Source: Phoronis australis
Lineage: Eukaryota > Animalia > Phoronida
Length of the DNA stretch: 64,000 bases
NCBI GenBank assembly: GCA_002633005.1
Contig: NMRA01000041.1
Coordinates: forward strand, 230,954-294,953
Direction of reading: 5' to 3'
Under the pieces are notes generated by a model. That model was given only the letters and a program-made list of their open reading frames with translations. It was not told the origin of the DNA and ran no database searches. Shown here in pieces: positions 36,398 to 51,500 of the stretch (within the stretch, counting starts at the first letter, position 1; each line of letters begins with the position of its first letter). The translations under genes were made by a program, and so were the position numbers.

Positions 36398-38574
36398 TTA
36401 ATGGCGGAGCACTCTGCATATATAATACATACATATATGAGATTGAGTCTCAAGAGAGCAGTCACACTCTAACGTGTGCATGCTCAATTAACCTACAACT
36501 ACCATTGAGTCTGACTGTCATAACCCATGCTCAAATCCTCTTAGTCATGATCAGTGGACAGGCCTACTTTAAATGAATTCTAATGTTTGTAATGACTACT
36601 GCTGATGCGACAAAAGAGTGATGTGAAGCCTAAACAGCATTTAATGCTAACTAGTTCGACATTTTTTCCGTTCTAGAGAATTACCAAAAGAACTCGCGTA
36701 AAAGGGCCACATACGGATAAATTTACATACGGTAATATATACAATTTCTTTTAGGACTGTCATACAAGACTAACTGGTGAGTGTAGACAGGTGTTCCTTT
36801 ATGAGGTAAATGGTCATAAATATAGCAAGTCGAACAACACAACAGTAGTATGCAGGCAATGGCTCAGAAGTCGAACACAAAATTGCACTTGATATTCCAA
36901 GTGTGAAGGAGCTTACATAATCACAATGTTAACAGAAGCACTCCATATACCATTATCTTGATGTATTTTTAAGAGAAATTTCACAATTAGATTTAGGGTA
37001 AGTTTGTGCATCACCATAAGGTTCTGTATCACAATATTAGACTGTGAATTTACCTCCTAATGGCCCAATTACATGCCTCATTAAACTATAACAGATCGAA
37101 TATTTATGACACCCAGTAGCCAATTCCTTTATTAAGTTAAACATGTGAAGAGGCTTGTGACGACATCAATCCCACGGGAGACATTGAAAGCTTGGCGTAA
37201 AATGAAATTCTTCAGATGACTACTTGCGGTGCGATGGCGATGCATCAAAAAATAATTGAATTTACTGTGAAGGGATCTGAGTAATTAAACGGGCTTCTGG
37301 TGAGTGAGTGTTGATGAAGGCATAGTGCAAGCCAAAAATGTACCGTCAAAATAACCCGTAATTCTGTCATAACTGCTGAGCACAAGCGGAATTGACCATC
37401 AGAACAGCTATGGTAATTCTTTCTTCACTTACACAGCACAGGGTATGGCTGACATGAATGAAATTCTCATTCGTCAAATTTCTCCACACAAGCAAAGATT
37501 AAGAACATTTAAGTCTACTGCCAACTTTGTTTGCTGTGTGTAAAGTTTCCATCCTTAACAGTGAGATAATAAGCCTTTGCAATTATTTTGTGTGAAATAA
37601 CTGGAACAGTAATTGTAGAATGACTTGTCAGTATCCCAGATGATGGGGGAACGGTATTCTGTATTTTTATTTTGTCCGATTATTTTCCGTATGCACAGCA
37701 TGAGAGACAGAATGTTTCTCATTATGGTATTTTCCCTGTTGCTCCCAACTTGTTAGGTTCTATAGCTCAACAAGTTGGGAAGTTTACCCCTGTAGCCAAT
37801 ATCTTACATGGAACTCCATTCTGGCAGTCATGGTTGGAGGGCCAGCTCTCTTTTGTTCAATAATTGCTCTAATCTTCAATAAGATCATATCTAGCCTGCC
37901 TGGGCTGTGCTGTTAAAAATAAAGTTAAGTTATAACATATTTAAACATAAACCAATAGCATTTCTAAAAGTCTTGTCAAATTGTGATCATGTTTAGTTTA
38001 AGAATTGCCAAAATCGCCCAACTGCAACTGAACTTACGAAAATCTATTCTTTCCGAATGTACCAATTCATTCTGGGTTTGATGGTGTTCACAGGTGGTAT
38101 GTAATAATCCTGGTAGATAATAAGCGTACCTGTTGTCATAACAGACAAAAGACTATGCTTGGAAGTTAACAAAAAAGCTAGATGTTATCACATGTCCAGA
38201 ACCCCCTTCCTCTGGTGAAGTCACTGAACGGGAAAACGCTGTCATGTGTTACTGGACACACCATTGGAATTAACAATGACGAAAAGGGCAAATGAATCCT
38301 TAATGCGTTTTGTATGAAGCTACTATTTGCAACACAAGTAGGGAAAAAGTTCACAAGTTCAGAGTTACAAGCACCATTTGAAAGGTAATTCATCACCATT
38401 ATCACAGATAATATCAGGCGAACTTCACACACGAATTTATCAATACAGTAAATTAACCTGCTAATTCCGTATTTGTATCAAAGAGGTCACTGCCAACCAC
38501 ATTTAGAAAAAGACAGTGATTAAGTCCAAAATCATGTATGCAACTTTCCATAAATTTGACTTGGTTATTTTTCA

Positions 38575-39068
38575 AGGGCCTTTCACACTAACGTCAACTT
38601 GTCGATGTTTTGGGGAGTTGCGGTCAGTATGAACACTTAACTTCGGCCCTGGATTGAAGTTAACAGCGCCAGTTAACTTTGCACTAAACAGGTGGATTTA
38701 AGAGTGGAGCGTCGACACTGAAGTGCAGTATGAATGGTCAACTTCAGTCCCATCAAAGTTATCGCCAGGTGCCACTATTATCATTAACAATTACAGGGTA
38801 GTGCCGTCGCTAATATTTGCTTATATTTTGCTATAATAATCACCAATCAATTTAAAATTAAGTATCATGTCAATTAGTACATGTTAATGTTCCCACATTG
38901 AAAAAAATCTTAGCGTACCTTGCGATAACTACGATGACTACTGCGTCAACTACCATTTACTTCAATGTTCATTAACTACCAAAGCCAGTATGAACGGTCC
39001 AGTTAACTTCGCAGTATGTATATGTCGACGCTCCGCTCAGACAGGAGTTAAGTGAATATGAAGAGCCT
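38575..39068. mobile_element. Palindromic MITE, possibly PIF/Harbinger-like
   Basis: Degenerate termini agggcctttcacact / aatatgaagagcct; internal inverted 16-mer at 38702-38717 vs 39023-39038 (15/16); repeated agttaactt and gtatgaa motifs. Confidence 0.5.
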
Positions 39069-41385
39069 TAAGATAAAGCTAATTACAGAACTTCTCCACT
39101 GTTACTGCTCCTGCATACTAGGGTAGGCCTCCACTCATTTCGCACAAACACAATTGACAAAATTGTTACTTTCCATTCTAAACCTACTTTACTGCAAATA
39201 ATGGAGATTTACCAAAAATTATTGATATCTACTCAGTACGAACCAATATTTGCTAGCAATAGAGTGAAAAATAACTTAAGACCTTCATTTTTGTGGAGAA
39301 ATTATGACACAACAGAATTCCACCTGTCGGTCATATTGTGTACTAACTACGTGAAGAATGACTGCACTAATAGAATGGTGACCAATAGGGTGGAGACATG
39401 TCATGGGTTAGTGAGAACTTGTTTAATAAGACGACAGAAGGGAAGTTTGTAACGATGTTCGAAAACAACACAAGCAGTTCCCTTCCGTATGCGCACCTAA
39501 ATATAACCGACATAACGTGTGCTTTCATATAACTGTTTTGACGCCAATGTTTCACACAAAAAGCTGTACGCGCCTGCGGCAGTTCACCTATTTTGTCAAA
39601 TATACAAATAAATACAAACTGACAAAAATCTCAGTCCATTCTTATCTTGGTTAATGTACTGTGGGAAAATGACATTTGGCAGTTTCCACTAGGTGCAGCA
39701 TGGAAATTAGCACTTGTAAAATAGAAAAAGTTACCATTTCAACAATTATTTTTGGGCGAAATAAATGACGAATAAGTGCAAGGTCCACTTAAAAGTTCCA
39801 GCTACTCTCTCCTGGATATCTACATATCTTAAACTGGGCATCTGTTTTGCATGCGTTTTTGTCCACTTTGGTACTTTTTGATTGATACTTAAATAATAGT
39901 TGACTAACTCATCTATCATGTCTACCATTTTGTGATGATTAATTCAAGTTTCATTAGTGGAATCTTAAAAATTGACTCTCGGGGATTTTTTCTCAAGTGC
40001 TTCATCCATGTACTTCACACACAGTCATAGCTTAATCATAATTAGAGGCCATCAATGCGTCCAAACTACTTATTTTCTGCCTGTTTTGCATTTCCTACAC
40101 CATTTTACTTGTCCCAGAATGTGTACAGTCCCAATACCAAAACCCATTTTTTCAGATTACTGGTAAACTTGTGAAAGGTAAACCATCAATGTTTCCGTGT
40201 TTACAAAAACACCTTTCCACAACAATGTTGACCTTGAGCACTAGCAGCATCAGTGTGAAGAAGCAACACTAGAGCATGAGAAGGTCAGAATGAAATGTCT
40301 TTGTTTTTTGGTTAGAAATAAACAACACATCAATCAAAACTTCAGTCTCAATTCCTGCAACATTTCAAAACCAATTTGTACAGCTTGTTCAAGAATCTTA
40401 AAACAGTAACACCACAGTGGTTTTGGGATCAAATGGAGCGAAATGAACAACTGTTACAGTAAATATTCATTGCAATAAATGGAATGCATTGACAGGCTTC
40501 AATATCACAGCAAAACCTGAACTTGGATATAACAATGAAATCTTGGAGATATGCTGGGGACATGAAGTACAGCCATATGATCAGCAACAAAAATGGTACA
40601 AAAAGCAGACATCCAAGTGGTTAGCTGAATTAAACTAGGGTGAAGTGATTGTTTTCTAAGTTTTGTAAATACACAAAAAAACGATTTATTCAAGACGCTT
40701 ATGGACCTGAATGTGAAAAACTAGATTTTCCTTTGAACTAAAATGAAGTGAAAAGCATTTAATCCATCAAAATAATTGGGTTATAAAGCATCCTAAAGGA
40801 CGATTGTCTTACTACCACAAAGTGTACATACACCAGTGTTCTGATAACATTTGAGAATTCTACGGTAATACCATTGGGCTTACGTACAGACATCTCATTT
40901 GCACAGAAAGTTGATTTGAAAGTTGTTTCGCTGAAAAAAAATTGACTTGATGAGTGAATATATTGATACAGTAGTACTTGATGCTTGTTTGAGCTGACAA
41001 TGATAGGATCGTGACAATTGGCAAAACTAAGTGAAGAACAGAGATGATCAAAATGAAGTCGCACAAAACAATGATGATAATGAAAATGGTGATGGTCAAG
41101 GAGGTGTTTTGTAAGTTGATGATGATGAAAAAAATGATTCAGAAACATCTAGGCATCAGCACAGTGGATGGGAAACCTAAAAAGTGCAATGAACAATGAG
41201 TAAGGTGAAAATCTCACCAATTTAGGACACAACATGCCAGACAATGAAATTTCATTTGTTCACTTTTGTCACTGAACATAAGAAACACAAAATATAAAAC
41301 ATCTATCAGTTCTTTAAGACCTAAAAGTTGTAAACCATACCTGCCACTGGACGATGTTTTGAGAAACTGGGCATATAGGTTAGCC

Positions 41386-41485
41386 GAAGGTCATGGGTTT
41401 GAGTTCCGGTTGCGGCAGAAATCTTTTCAGACTTATATTCATTAGGTCACGTGATGTGGCCAACAGGTGGGGTACTGACCAGAGT
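41386..41485 (+). mobile_element. tRNA-derived SINE-like element copy
   Basis: gaaggtcatgggtttgagttcc...ttcagactta...ttcattaggtcacgtgatgtggccaacaggtgg matches the 8190-8277 and 22706-22830 copies. Confidence 0.65.
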
Positions 41486-42804
41486 AAAATGTCAGCAATG
41501 TTAGATGCCTTTAAAAAATGAAACACAACCAATTTTGGCAAATATTTTCGTCCAAAATTAGTGAGACTTTTAAAGTAAAAAAGAGCAAACAGGAGAATTT
41601 CTGACACATCCGTCACGTGACGCCAGACCTGTAAAGAGAACAAAAATGTCCATCACAGTGCTATTTTGCTAGTCTTGAAACTAGTGATAAAATATAACCA
41701 GCCTTCTCCAAATGAAGTCATGCGAGAAAAAGGTTACACCAACAAGAAGTGCTTGCAGGCCTCGCCAATTTCTATAATAAGCTCTCTGGTGTATCTGAAT
41801 CCTCTGATATACAGTAATTAGTGTTCTTTGAAGCTGCATTTCCTCCCATACAGCAGGATAAAAAAAATCAAATTACGCTTTCGCACTCATAAAAAATGGT
41901 CTCATAGTTTGTGATGTCGAAACCATGGGCAACTCAAAAAAATGCTTCAGATTTTAAGAGGCAACTGGTTTATAAGAGTAAAAGGCTTAATTTAATTTTA
42001 GTTTTTAATCAGCTAAAGAGAGCAAAACGCAACTTCAAGTGCAATACTAAAGAATTTTTGCTGAAAAGTTGCCGGGGTGCCAAAAACTTGTCAGATATTG
42101 TTGACAAGTGGTATACAAATAAGGAAACTCATTGAAGATTTCAACAGCAGCTACTTATGAAAAGCCAGCTCTTAACAGAGGCTGGCATGACAAATTCCAA
42201 GACCTTTACCAACAGGAACTTTTTACAATAGTCAAAAAACTCCAGTTGGAAGGACTTAAGTGCAGTCAACCCACTGTGTGTTTAAACTGATGTCAAAGAC
42301 GAGAGCGCTCGGAGGAGCGACACTTGGCGGAACTAATCGAAAAGACGACGATGAGGGAGACGACGACAATCAAGACGATCAAGGCGTTAATTATGAATAA
42401 CACGATAACACGATAACATTCATGTGACTAGCGAAGAAATCAAATAGAGAGCAGACAATCAACTACAATAAAGAACAANAAGACTTAACAATGAAAGAAT
42501 ATATTGATTTTTGGCAAATATTTTTTAGCAATTCGTGCAACAGTGAGATTTGGATGAACCATAACTTTAGTTGAAACACAGTGGAAGAACGCTGCAACGG
42601 TTAGGCCAAGGTTTCTCATGTTTGAAGAAAAATTGGCACATCTGCATTAAGTGCCGTTCACATACAGACTCACCACTAAAATGAAAGCGCTCCGAGGAGC
42701 GACACTAAATAAATTTCGCCTTGGCAAAATAAATTTCGCCAAGTAACAAGTTACTCCTGGAAGGAGATGTCCTTTGGTTTGGAGGCCATGTGGATGCTAT
42801 TTAA

Positions 42805-43086
42805 ACTAGTGCAACTTACCCCACTTGTGATAATTTACTCCATCTTATCGAGGTGGGGAAACTTGTTCTAGGGGAACTTGCGCCATTTTTAGTTCCTGGG
42901 TGGCCACAAACCTGGGACAAGGCGGGAGTAATTATCAGCTGTAGCTAAATACAGACGGGTTTTCTTTTGCTCGCCGTATACGCATTAGGTGTTCATTGTC
43001 ACATACACGACAACTTCCACCTTACCTTAGTTATCGGATAAGTACGTGTGGGCGTTCCACTTAAAAGTGGGGTAAGTTGCACTAGT
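42805..43086. mobile_element. 282-bp MITE with perfect 22-bp terminal inverted repeats
   Basis: actagtgcaacttaccccactt (42805-42826) is the exact reverse complement of 43065-43086. Confidence 0.7.
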
Positions 43087-44294
43087 GCAAGTTGTCATGT
43101 TCTAGGGTAGGCTGTGTGTGGACGCGGCTACACAAAATGCCTAGACTAGTGGGTGAAATGGTTTTCATAACTTTAAAAATAGAGAGACGATATATTTTCA
43201 TTGCAGTTCTAAATGAGCTAAACATCTGTCGACCAAAGCACATAATACATGAAAAATAATGAAGCTGTTCAGAATTCCAACATGTGACGGATTGAGTGCC
43301 GTATCTGATGAGTGGTGAACTCTCAAGTATCCAACATTTTGTCAATATTTCTCCATGGTGAAACTCAGTGCGGATGCAACGTATTAATTTTCAAACAAAC
43401 GATGAAATTAGCATCTGATTGATCAAGATTTCAGAAATTGGATAATCTGAATACCAGACGCTGATGTCCAACTCTTTTTCATGAGTGACACAAAGCGCAC
43501 TGCATGCTTCTAGGAGCTTTTATTGGTATCATAAAAGTGACCACTAGGTAGTGCAGAAAATGTCGAACCTATCCGAAAATGAGACCATGCCGTCTCCTGA
43601 ATAGAAACCCATTTTCCAAATATGATGAAAATACGTCCATGAACTGTTACTCTACAGTAAATAAAAAATATAATTANCACTTAAAAGTGGGGTAAGTTGC
43701 ACTAGTGCAAGTTGTCATGTTCTAGGGTAGGCTGTGTGTGGACGCGGCTACACAAAATGCCTAGACTAGTGGGTGAAATGGTTTTCATAACTTTAAAAAT
43801 AGAGAGACGATATATTTTCATTGCAGTTCTAAATGAGCTAAACATCTGTCGACCAAAGCACATAATACATGAAAAATAATGAAGCTGTTCAGAATTCCAA
43901 CATGTGACGGATTGAGTGCCGTATCTGATGAGTGGTGAACTCTCAAGTATCCAACATTTTGTCAATATTTCTCCATGGTGAAACTCAGTGCAGATGCAAC
44001 GTATTAATTTTCAAACAAACGATGAAATTAGCATCTGATTTCAAGATTTCAGAAATTGGATAATCTGAATACCAGACGCTGATGTCCAACTCTTTTTCAT
44101 GAGTGACACAAAGCGCACTGCATGCTTCTAGGAGCTTTTATTGGTATCATAAAAGTGACCACTAGGTAGTGCAGAAAATGTTGAACCTATCCGAAAATGA
44201 GACCATGCCGTTTCCTGAATAGAAACCCATTTTCCAAATATGATGAAAATACGTCCATGAACTGTTACTCTACAGTAAATAAAAAATATAATTA
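43058..44294. other. ~620-bp direct duplication across an assembly gap (probable haplotype overlap artefact)
   Basis: 43058-43676 and 43678-44294 differ at about four sites and are separated exactly by the n at 43677. Confidence 0.85.
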
Positions 44295-45442
44295 CCACTA
44301 CAAGGCACAGTGGTGGTTGGATTCGTAGGAAAAAAAGTTTTCATCTGTTGCCACGTTGATTTAGGAATGCACTCGCCAAATTTCATGAATCCTGCATGAG
44401 GCTTAGGTGATGCAGGCATGGATGCAAAAAAAAAACAAAATTGCCACTACAGGGAACCACCTCATCAGGCACTGGCACCATTGTAAACATTAAAAAATCC
44501 AGAAAAATCCCTATTTTAGCAATTATTTGTCTTAATTTGACAAATGTGTGCCTTTAGTTGACTAAATATTAAGAGTAGACCAAAATATAGCATTCTTATT
44601 CATTAAGTTTACCGGAATTCACGTTTTTTTCTAAAATCGAAAAATAAAATACAGTGAGACAGTGGAAACTAATCTCCGCAAAACACTAATATCTAAACAA
44701 ACAGGTATTGAACACCTCTACACAGTCCAGAACAACCTGTGCAACAAGTTATCAGCTTACTTAATTGCAACAGCAGTAATTATTACTCAATAATGTTTTA
44801 CTTAATGTTCACCTGCTGACTTGTTACGGTTTATTGTTACTCTATGACGCACAAACGCAGCAGTTAATAATACTACAATTTCTGTCACTGCAATCTGCGT
44901 CACTCTCCTGGAGATGATTGTGATGACATTTGAAAACAAGGAAAATTGTGTCCAAATGCACAGCAGTAACAACAACAGCTCTCAAGACCTACCAAGAAAT
45001 GGGGAAATTGTTCACTGGGGTGTAACCCATAGATGCCACACATGACGTTTTTTTCTTTGCCTCACTAAGAAAACATAACATCTGTTTTATGGTGTCTAAC
45101 CTTACCCAACACAAAGTAGAGTATATTACGTAGAAAACAAGAAGAGCATAGTACACGATGTAGTTATTTTCATGGCATAATTAGAAGAGAACATCAATTG
45201 ACCAAATAAAAAGGAAGTTCACTGGGTGCATTCTGGTCTCGATGTATCACATGAAGTTTACGATTTTTTGCTATGACACTATTTTTGGAATTTGAGAAAA
45301 CAGACACCGTTTTTAGCTGAGTAATCTGTACAGCCAACAATCTTCACAAACTCGCACAGTGGTGCTTACCTCAAAATGTTTTGATCATTTTATCACACTT
45401 AACCCTACAATCATCACCGACCGTAAGATTCCCTATTTGTGG

Positions 45443-45530
45443 ATATTATTATCAATACTGTTACTACCACTACCACTATTATTAGTATTATTATTAATTA
45501 TTATTATTATCATTACTATTATTATTGTAA
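45443..45530. repeat. (ATT/ACT)n low-complexity tract
   Basis: Directly visible trinucleotide repeats. Confidence 0.85.
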
Positions 45531-48500
45531 GCATTTGTCATGGTCACCTGTCATCACAAAAAACACCTGGCCATCATCTTCAATGTCAATATCATCTTCA
45601 TCACCACTATCCACGTCTACGATTTTGCTAAAAATTGTTAAGTTCAGCACTTTCTAAAGCAACAAAAACCATGTTATTTATTTTTCATTAGGTGCTGCTC
45701 AGCTTGGTTAAGATATATATTATAATGGACATCCCAAAATCATCATTGTCAGTCAGCATCAATAATAATGATCAGCTGCTTGACAGGCTATGGCATATCT
45801 AGACAGGTGTAAATGCATGATGTCAGTGACAGCTCTTCAATCATGACATTTCACACAATGTCACAGCCAAGGGCTGACCACCAATGTGTTAGATTTAGGA
45901 ACAACACTGAATGCATCAATTGGCCAAATGAGCCATGGTCACCTGGGCAGTCAGATATAGAATGGATTCACATGTCTATTAACACTGCTTGGACACAGAG
46001 TTAACACTCTTCAACACACTGATGAACAGAAGGGTTGATAAAACCATGCAGGTATTGGTGCAACTATCAAGTAAGTTTAAAAGCAAAATTCATGAATAAG
46101 AAGCATCATTCTGAAATTTGTAAATGTAATAAGAAAAGAGGTTTGTCAAATAATAGCTGTGTTGGAGCCTACAGTGTAGAGCAGGTATGTTTTCTAAGTC
46201 AGAGCAGCAGTGGATGAATACCACAGTATTCTTGACATGTACATGGTACATCTATAGAGCAAATACAAAATTTAATTAATTATCATAAAACAAGCTCCAC
46301 GAGCAATAAATATTACAAATGATAACATCAAGTTGTTACGAATCTGAACACAAGGCAAATCTTACGCTAAAAGGATTTGCACGCAAGTGGATGAGAAAGT
46401 GTGTACTGTTTACACCCAAAGTTATCCAGCGAATTCCTCCTCTCGTTAAAGGCTTGACGACGCTGTCAAGGATTGCAGTGAGCTAGTCGCTACTCATGGC
46501 CATGGTTGAACGAGTTGGATAATACAACTGAGGTTGTAAACTAACACGCGTGTTTGGTTTCAAAGTCAAAAAAAAAACAAACAATAAATAAGGCAAACGA
46601 CCAACATGACTGTTTTTAAAATTGAAAAGTAAATAGAAGTTGTCTTAGAATTTTTAAAATTGATACACTATAAAGAGAAATTATTGAATAGGTTTTCCTC
46701 AACACCGAGGCGAAACCAAGAGCATCAATTTGTGAATCGATTTGGACAGGGCTCGCTTAGACGTTGTGGTAACAAAACCCCAAATGTTAGCGTAGAGTTG
46801 TCTCATGAAAAAAGCGCACATTAAGACTGGCAACTAATAAGGACACTAAAAGGTACAATGGATGGATTTGCTATCTCATTTATTCACTAATGGTATGTAT
46901 GGTGAGAACATCCAGCAGCTTTGTTCTGCTGCGTCTTGTGAATAACTGACTGATGAATATCCATCATATTTAAATATTTTATTCAATAAAGTTGTCTGTA
47001 GATCTATACCGTTTCAAAATATCAGTCTCATCAGTCTCATGATAAATGTAAGAAAAAGACTACAACAGTTTGAAAACAGTCAACATTTTTAAGCGAAGTG
47101 AAGAAGTGTTGTCAACTTCCAATTTTGCCTCAAGTTACTATGTATTCTTATAGTCTTGTACGGAAAAAATAAAACAGGGTGGGTCGAAGACAAATTAGCA
47201 GAACACTCTGGCATCACTGAAAAACCACATGACAAAATATGAAGAGTAAGCTATTGTACTAAATTGTCTAAAGTTCCTGAAACCACTGGTAAAGCAGATG
47301 CAAATACAACTAAACCGAAGTTCTACACAAACAGAAATTCTAAATATATCTCATCTTAGAATGAGTAGAAACAGTGTCAGTCCATAGAATAGACAAAATG
47401 AATGCCAAATTCGATATGTTTCCAAGGTTGCGACTGCTGACAATTTCTCAAAATATTGTCATCTGGTAATTCAATGGTGTAGAATTTGAAAATGAAGCTT
47501 TTGTTTGGCGCTATTTAGAAAGGAAATGGAACACTAAAGTTTCCCTTGAACATCACACTGTGTCGAAGTTGCTAAGACTTTACCAGAAGGTATTTAAAGA
47601 AAGACAAACAAATAGTTTGGAGTCAAATAATTGAGGTAAATGAACAAGTCACATTGTAACCCCTACAATACTTGATCCATGTAGAAGTTGTTTACTTTAC
47701 ACGAGATATGAGAATGGTCTCTCCTGTGGTGTGCATGCGTGAATGAATGGATGTAATTATTTGTTTGTTTGTTATTTTTGCACTTTTTTGTAAATGATAA
47801 TAAATACCTGAAAAAATACTTGATCTATATTGTTTTTTCACAAAATAAGATTTTTAAAATGAAATGACAATTTCTTAACAGCAGCATGATGCCTCCTATC
47901 ATATCCTACTAAATCATTTACAGGGAGTTGTTTTCTTAATCAGACATGATTACAGCCTTTGTGTACACTGAGCAGCATGCACCAGATTAGCTATGTGCTG
48001 GGTCCTTGAAATATTTATAATCAAATCTCTGCTAGAGATCAATAGCGTTTATGTCTTTAATTTAATTGTACCACACGCATGGCGAGTGATTTATGTATGG
48101 GTAATAGCCTGGTCGATTTAGAAGCCTGATGAAGAATGACTAGACTAGTTAAGCTTAGACTTGTGAGGGATGGGGATGGGTAACCTCATACAGATTGGTG
48201 AGCATGGGAAACTACTAGGCAGACAGAGGTATGGTGGTTTTATTTGGAGCCTAAGTAACTTGCTAGCGACTGTTTTTGCACTCAAAACTGATCACACTTG
48301 AGGTTCCTTTAGTTGTGATTTTTTGGGATAAATGTAAAATGTAAGAAAAACAGCTTGTTATTTTAAATGACTTATTCTCATTAGGATAACATCGAAATAC
48401 ATTGTCAAGCTTGGCCCTCTATGTTGATATAGGGCGAACCCCACCAAAAAGTGGTGCCCCACTTCTAAGGCTCGGAAATTGAAATTTCCTGTCATTTTAA

Positions 48501-51500
48501 TAACGTCATTTACAATAATAAGCTGTTGAAAGAACCTTCTAACTCAGAGTTGTGATGAGCTGACAAAGAAACCTTCCCACTTGGCAATTAGGATAACAAG
48601 TTTCTTTGTCCTTTATTAGAATAAATTTTGATTTCAATTAAGGTTTGTCCTCTGATCTGTTAACTACCCTAAGTGATCAGTAAATCACTACACCCTTATT
48701 TTATCTTCCAACCTTATGATGCCAGTATTTATCAAAAGAATGCACTGCCTATACCAAATATTAGAAAACATCAAAACATTGTAATTTACTTAAAGCCTTT
48801 TAATATCAGGATAACTTTGATGACGGAAGACCCTCAGATGCAAAGTGGGAAGTTCACTTGAGCTTTAACACAAGCTTCAATACTTATTGACACAAGTGGT
48901 GACAATTTAGTGTTCTTGAGATTAGCCCCAAGATGGATTCTAACCAGCAGTTGCAGTCCGGTGCTAGTTCCACCAATTTTGGACAAAATTAGTCTTTTTT
49001 CATTTTTCAAAGGCTCCTAACATTGTTAGTAACGTCCACAGTTTCTCAGAATCATTGCCTGATGGTAGACATACAATAGATCTTTAAAATGGTTCATTTG
49101 GTGGTACTTATTTTTTGTCCTAAACTGGAGAAAATTTACTGCATGCTAATAGAGATAAAAAGCAAGTACCTGATAAGGTCACTGGCCTCAGTTTCAGTTA
49201 CAGTGACTACCAAACGACTGGAAGCCCTTGTAGGGAATAGGGATTTCTTGTAAAGTCATAAAAACATGCCAGATTTTGCTGTTTAATAGTTCTGGTCAAA
49301 GCAAGTAATGTCTATCCTGTCTTAGGAATAACCTCAAAGATAGATTTTTTAGACCCTAAAACTGATTGAGTTCTTTCAACCGACATCGAAGTCGCCTCTC
49401 AGTAATGCTTAGAGTTGACAAAGTTATCACAAGGTGGCGATGCAGCGTCTCTGCACCAGGTCTCAAGCGAGATGTGTTGCATCTACTCATGTCATTTTGG
49501 CCTGCACTTAGAAACAGCGTCATTTGACAGCAAGAGTGAGCGACTTGGTAGGATATCAGTGTTTTCTCCAGAAATTGCTATGGGGTATGATTCTCTGGTT
49601 TATTTATATCTCACGAATATATTCCTTTGTAGTCAGTTACGGACAGGAGTGCCCAAAACAACGCTCAGCTTACGCGAATTGGAATAAGAGTTGGCCAAAC
49701 TCTCAGCTCTTATTTCCTAATTTTCAGGTCACAATGCTACCCGCAGCTGGCCAAGTCAAAGCCCTGACATACCGATGCAGGTGACGGTCACATGCACTTG
49801 TGTCTATGTAAATGCACATCCAGATCTATACCAACAAATAGAGCTAAAGGAAATCTTCACCTAAATTCCAGAAGCACAAACTGATGCTTTTTGTGCCCTC
49901 CTATGGGCGGCCGAGTCGAGGCACATCTGAAGAATTCCTTTAACAAATCTAATCCTTTCAACCTACAGTTTCCATGACAACCTAGACTAAATCAATGTTT
50001 CTCCATACAGTTGCAGTTTACTGCCAGTCAGCATCTTGTTGTAAGACATAGCTACTAGACACTTCTTTAAGGCTTTTCAGACCAACGATTACGAGTCGAT
50101 GGTTTGGAGAGTGGACCCTTGTGTTCAATATTCGATTGAAGTTAACTTGCAATTAGTTCGAGCCAAGACCAAAGTAAACAGGTGAATTTATCAACACAGC
50201 GTTTATGCTCCCATGGAGGTGTGAAAGGTTAACCCCATGTCATCAGGGTTATCAGCAGGTGTCTCCGTTACTACCAACACACAATGTGCTATTATTTAAT
50301 ATTTTATTCAAATATTAACCATTCAACCAATACAGGCACTTCACTTCATTTATTATCAGAACAAATACGGTAGTCTTCAAGATTAAAATTTATTTAAAAG
50401 TAACATATGAATAACATTTTTCATAGCGCCATCTCATGATAATTGTGATGTCCCAGCAAATAGCAATTTCACGGCCCATTAACTGCCAAAGCTGTTTTAA
50501 AACTTTCATCTTATATGCAGTTTACATCCATCAGGCTCATCTTGTACTCTTGGTCTGAAAGCATTTTTGACTTATAAAGGGATCTGAGGCTATTCCCAGA
50601 TGCAGTTACCTAACTTGATCAGTCATTTGCAGACTGTTGTCTCAGCAACTTGTAAATTACCAATCAGAAATGACACCATCAATAAACAATCATGAAAACT
50701 CACATTGACAGTGATATTCAGACCAAAATGAAAGGAAATTTCATTACCAGCTAATCCTGCGCTTCAATTGTGTGCAAATTATGCATCTTTGTACATTGTG
50801 TTTCAACTATTAGTTCATTTAATGCACTGTGGATAAATGACAACAAAATAAAAACTAATGCAGGGGATTGACCTGAGCAAAAAAATTCAAAACAGACCTT
50901 TTATGGGATAGTCCTACTCTACCTTAAAAAACAAATTTAGAAGCTATGAGATACATTATTCATAACTTAGATTAAAAATCCGTACTACAACGGAAAAGTG
51001 CTTCGATCATTTGTGTTTTGCACATAAGATAGTGTCTCAAAAAAACAGAAACACAAATTTTAGCAATCTTCCGCACACTTTGAGAACCCCCGAACCAAAA
51101 GAGAAACAGTAGATCTGATACGATGCCTTGGATAAGGGTGTACAAACAGGATAAAATGGTTAGTTGAGGTAAGATGGCAAAGTATTTATAGTTCAAGTGT
51201 TTAACTAAAGTATTGGGAACAAGGTGAAGGTATTCCAAAAATTTACAGTCATAGAAGGCTTTATCATGATGCTTGGCTATTGTCACAAAGCAATTACAAG
51301 TATTCAGGAAATTAGGAAGTGATACGTAGGACCCTGTTTCATGAAACTTGTCTTATGTCTCAAATTAATAGGTCGCAGTGTTAGAACGATTCTACAGATT
51401 GTCGCCGTTGTGGAAGAAAACCACCGAATCAATCTCAATTTAAAGTCGGCAAAGTACATTCTGTAATAAGGCTAAAAATCAAAAATTCATGTACATGAGG

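Noticed and set aside
39746-40170. Decayed coding-like sequence on the minus strand
   Set aside because: Multiple stops and no family I can recognise.
43058-44294. Tandem duplicated 87-aa ORFs (43082-43345 and 43702-43965) as a gene pair
   Set aside because: The duplication breakpoint is exactly the assembly n and the copies differ like alleles; the ORF has no recognisable domain.
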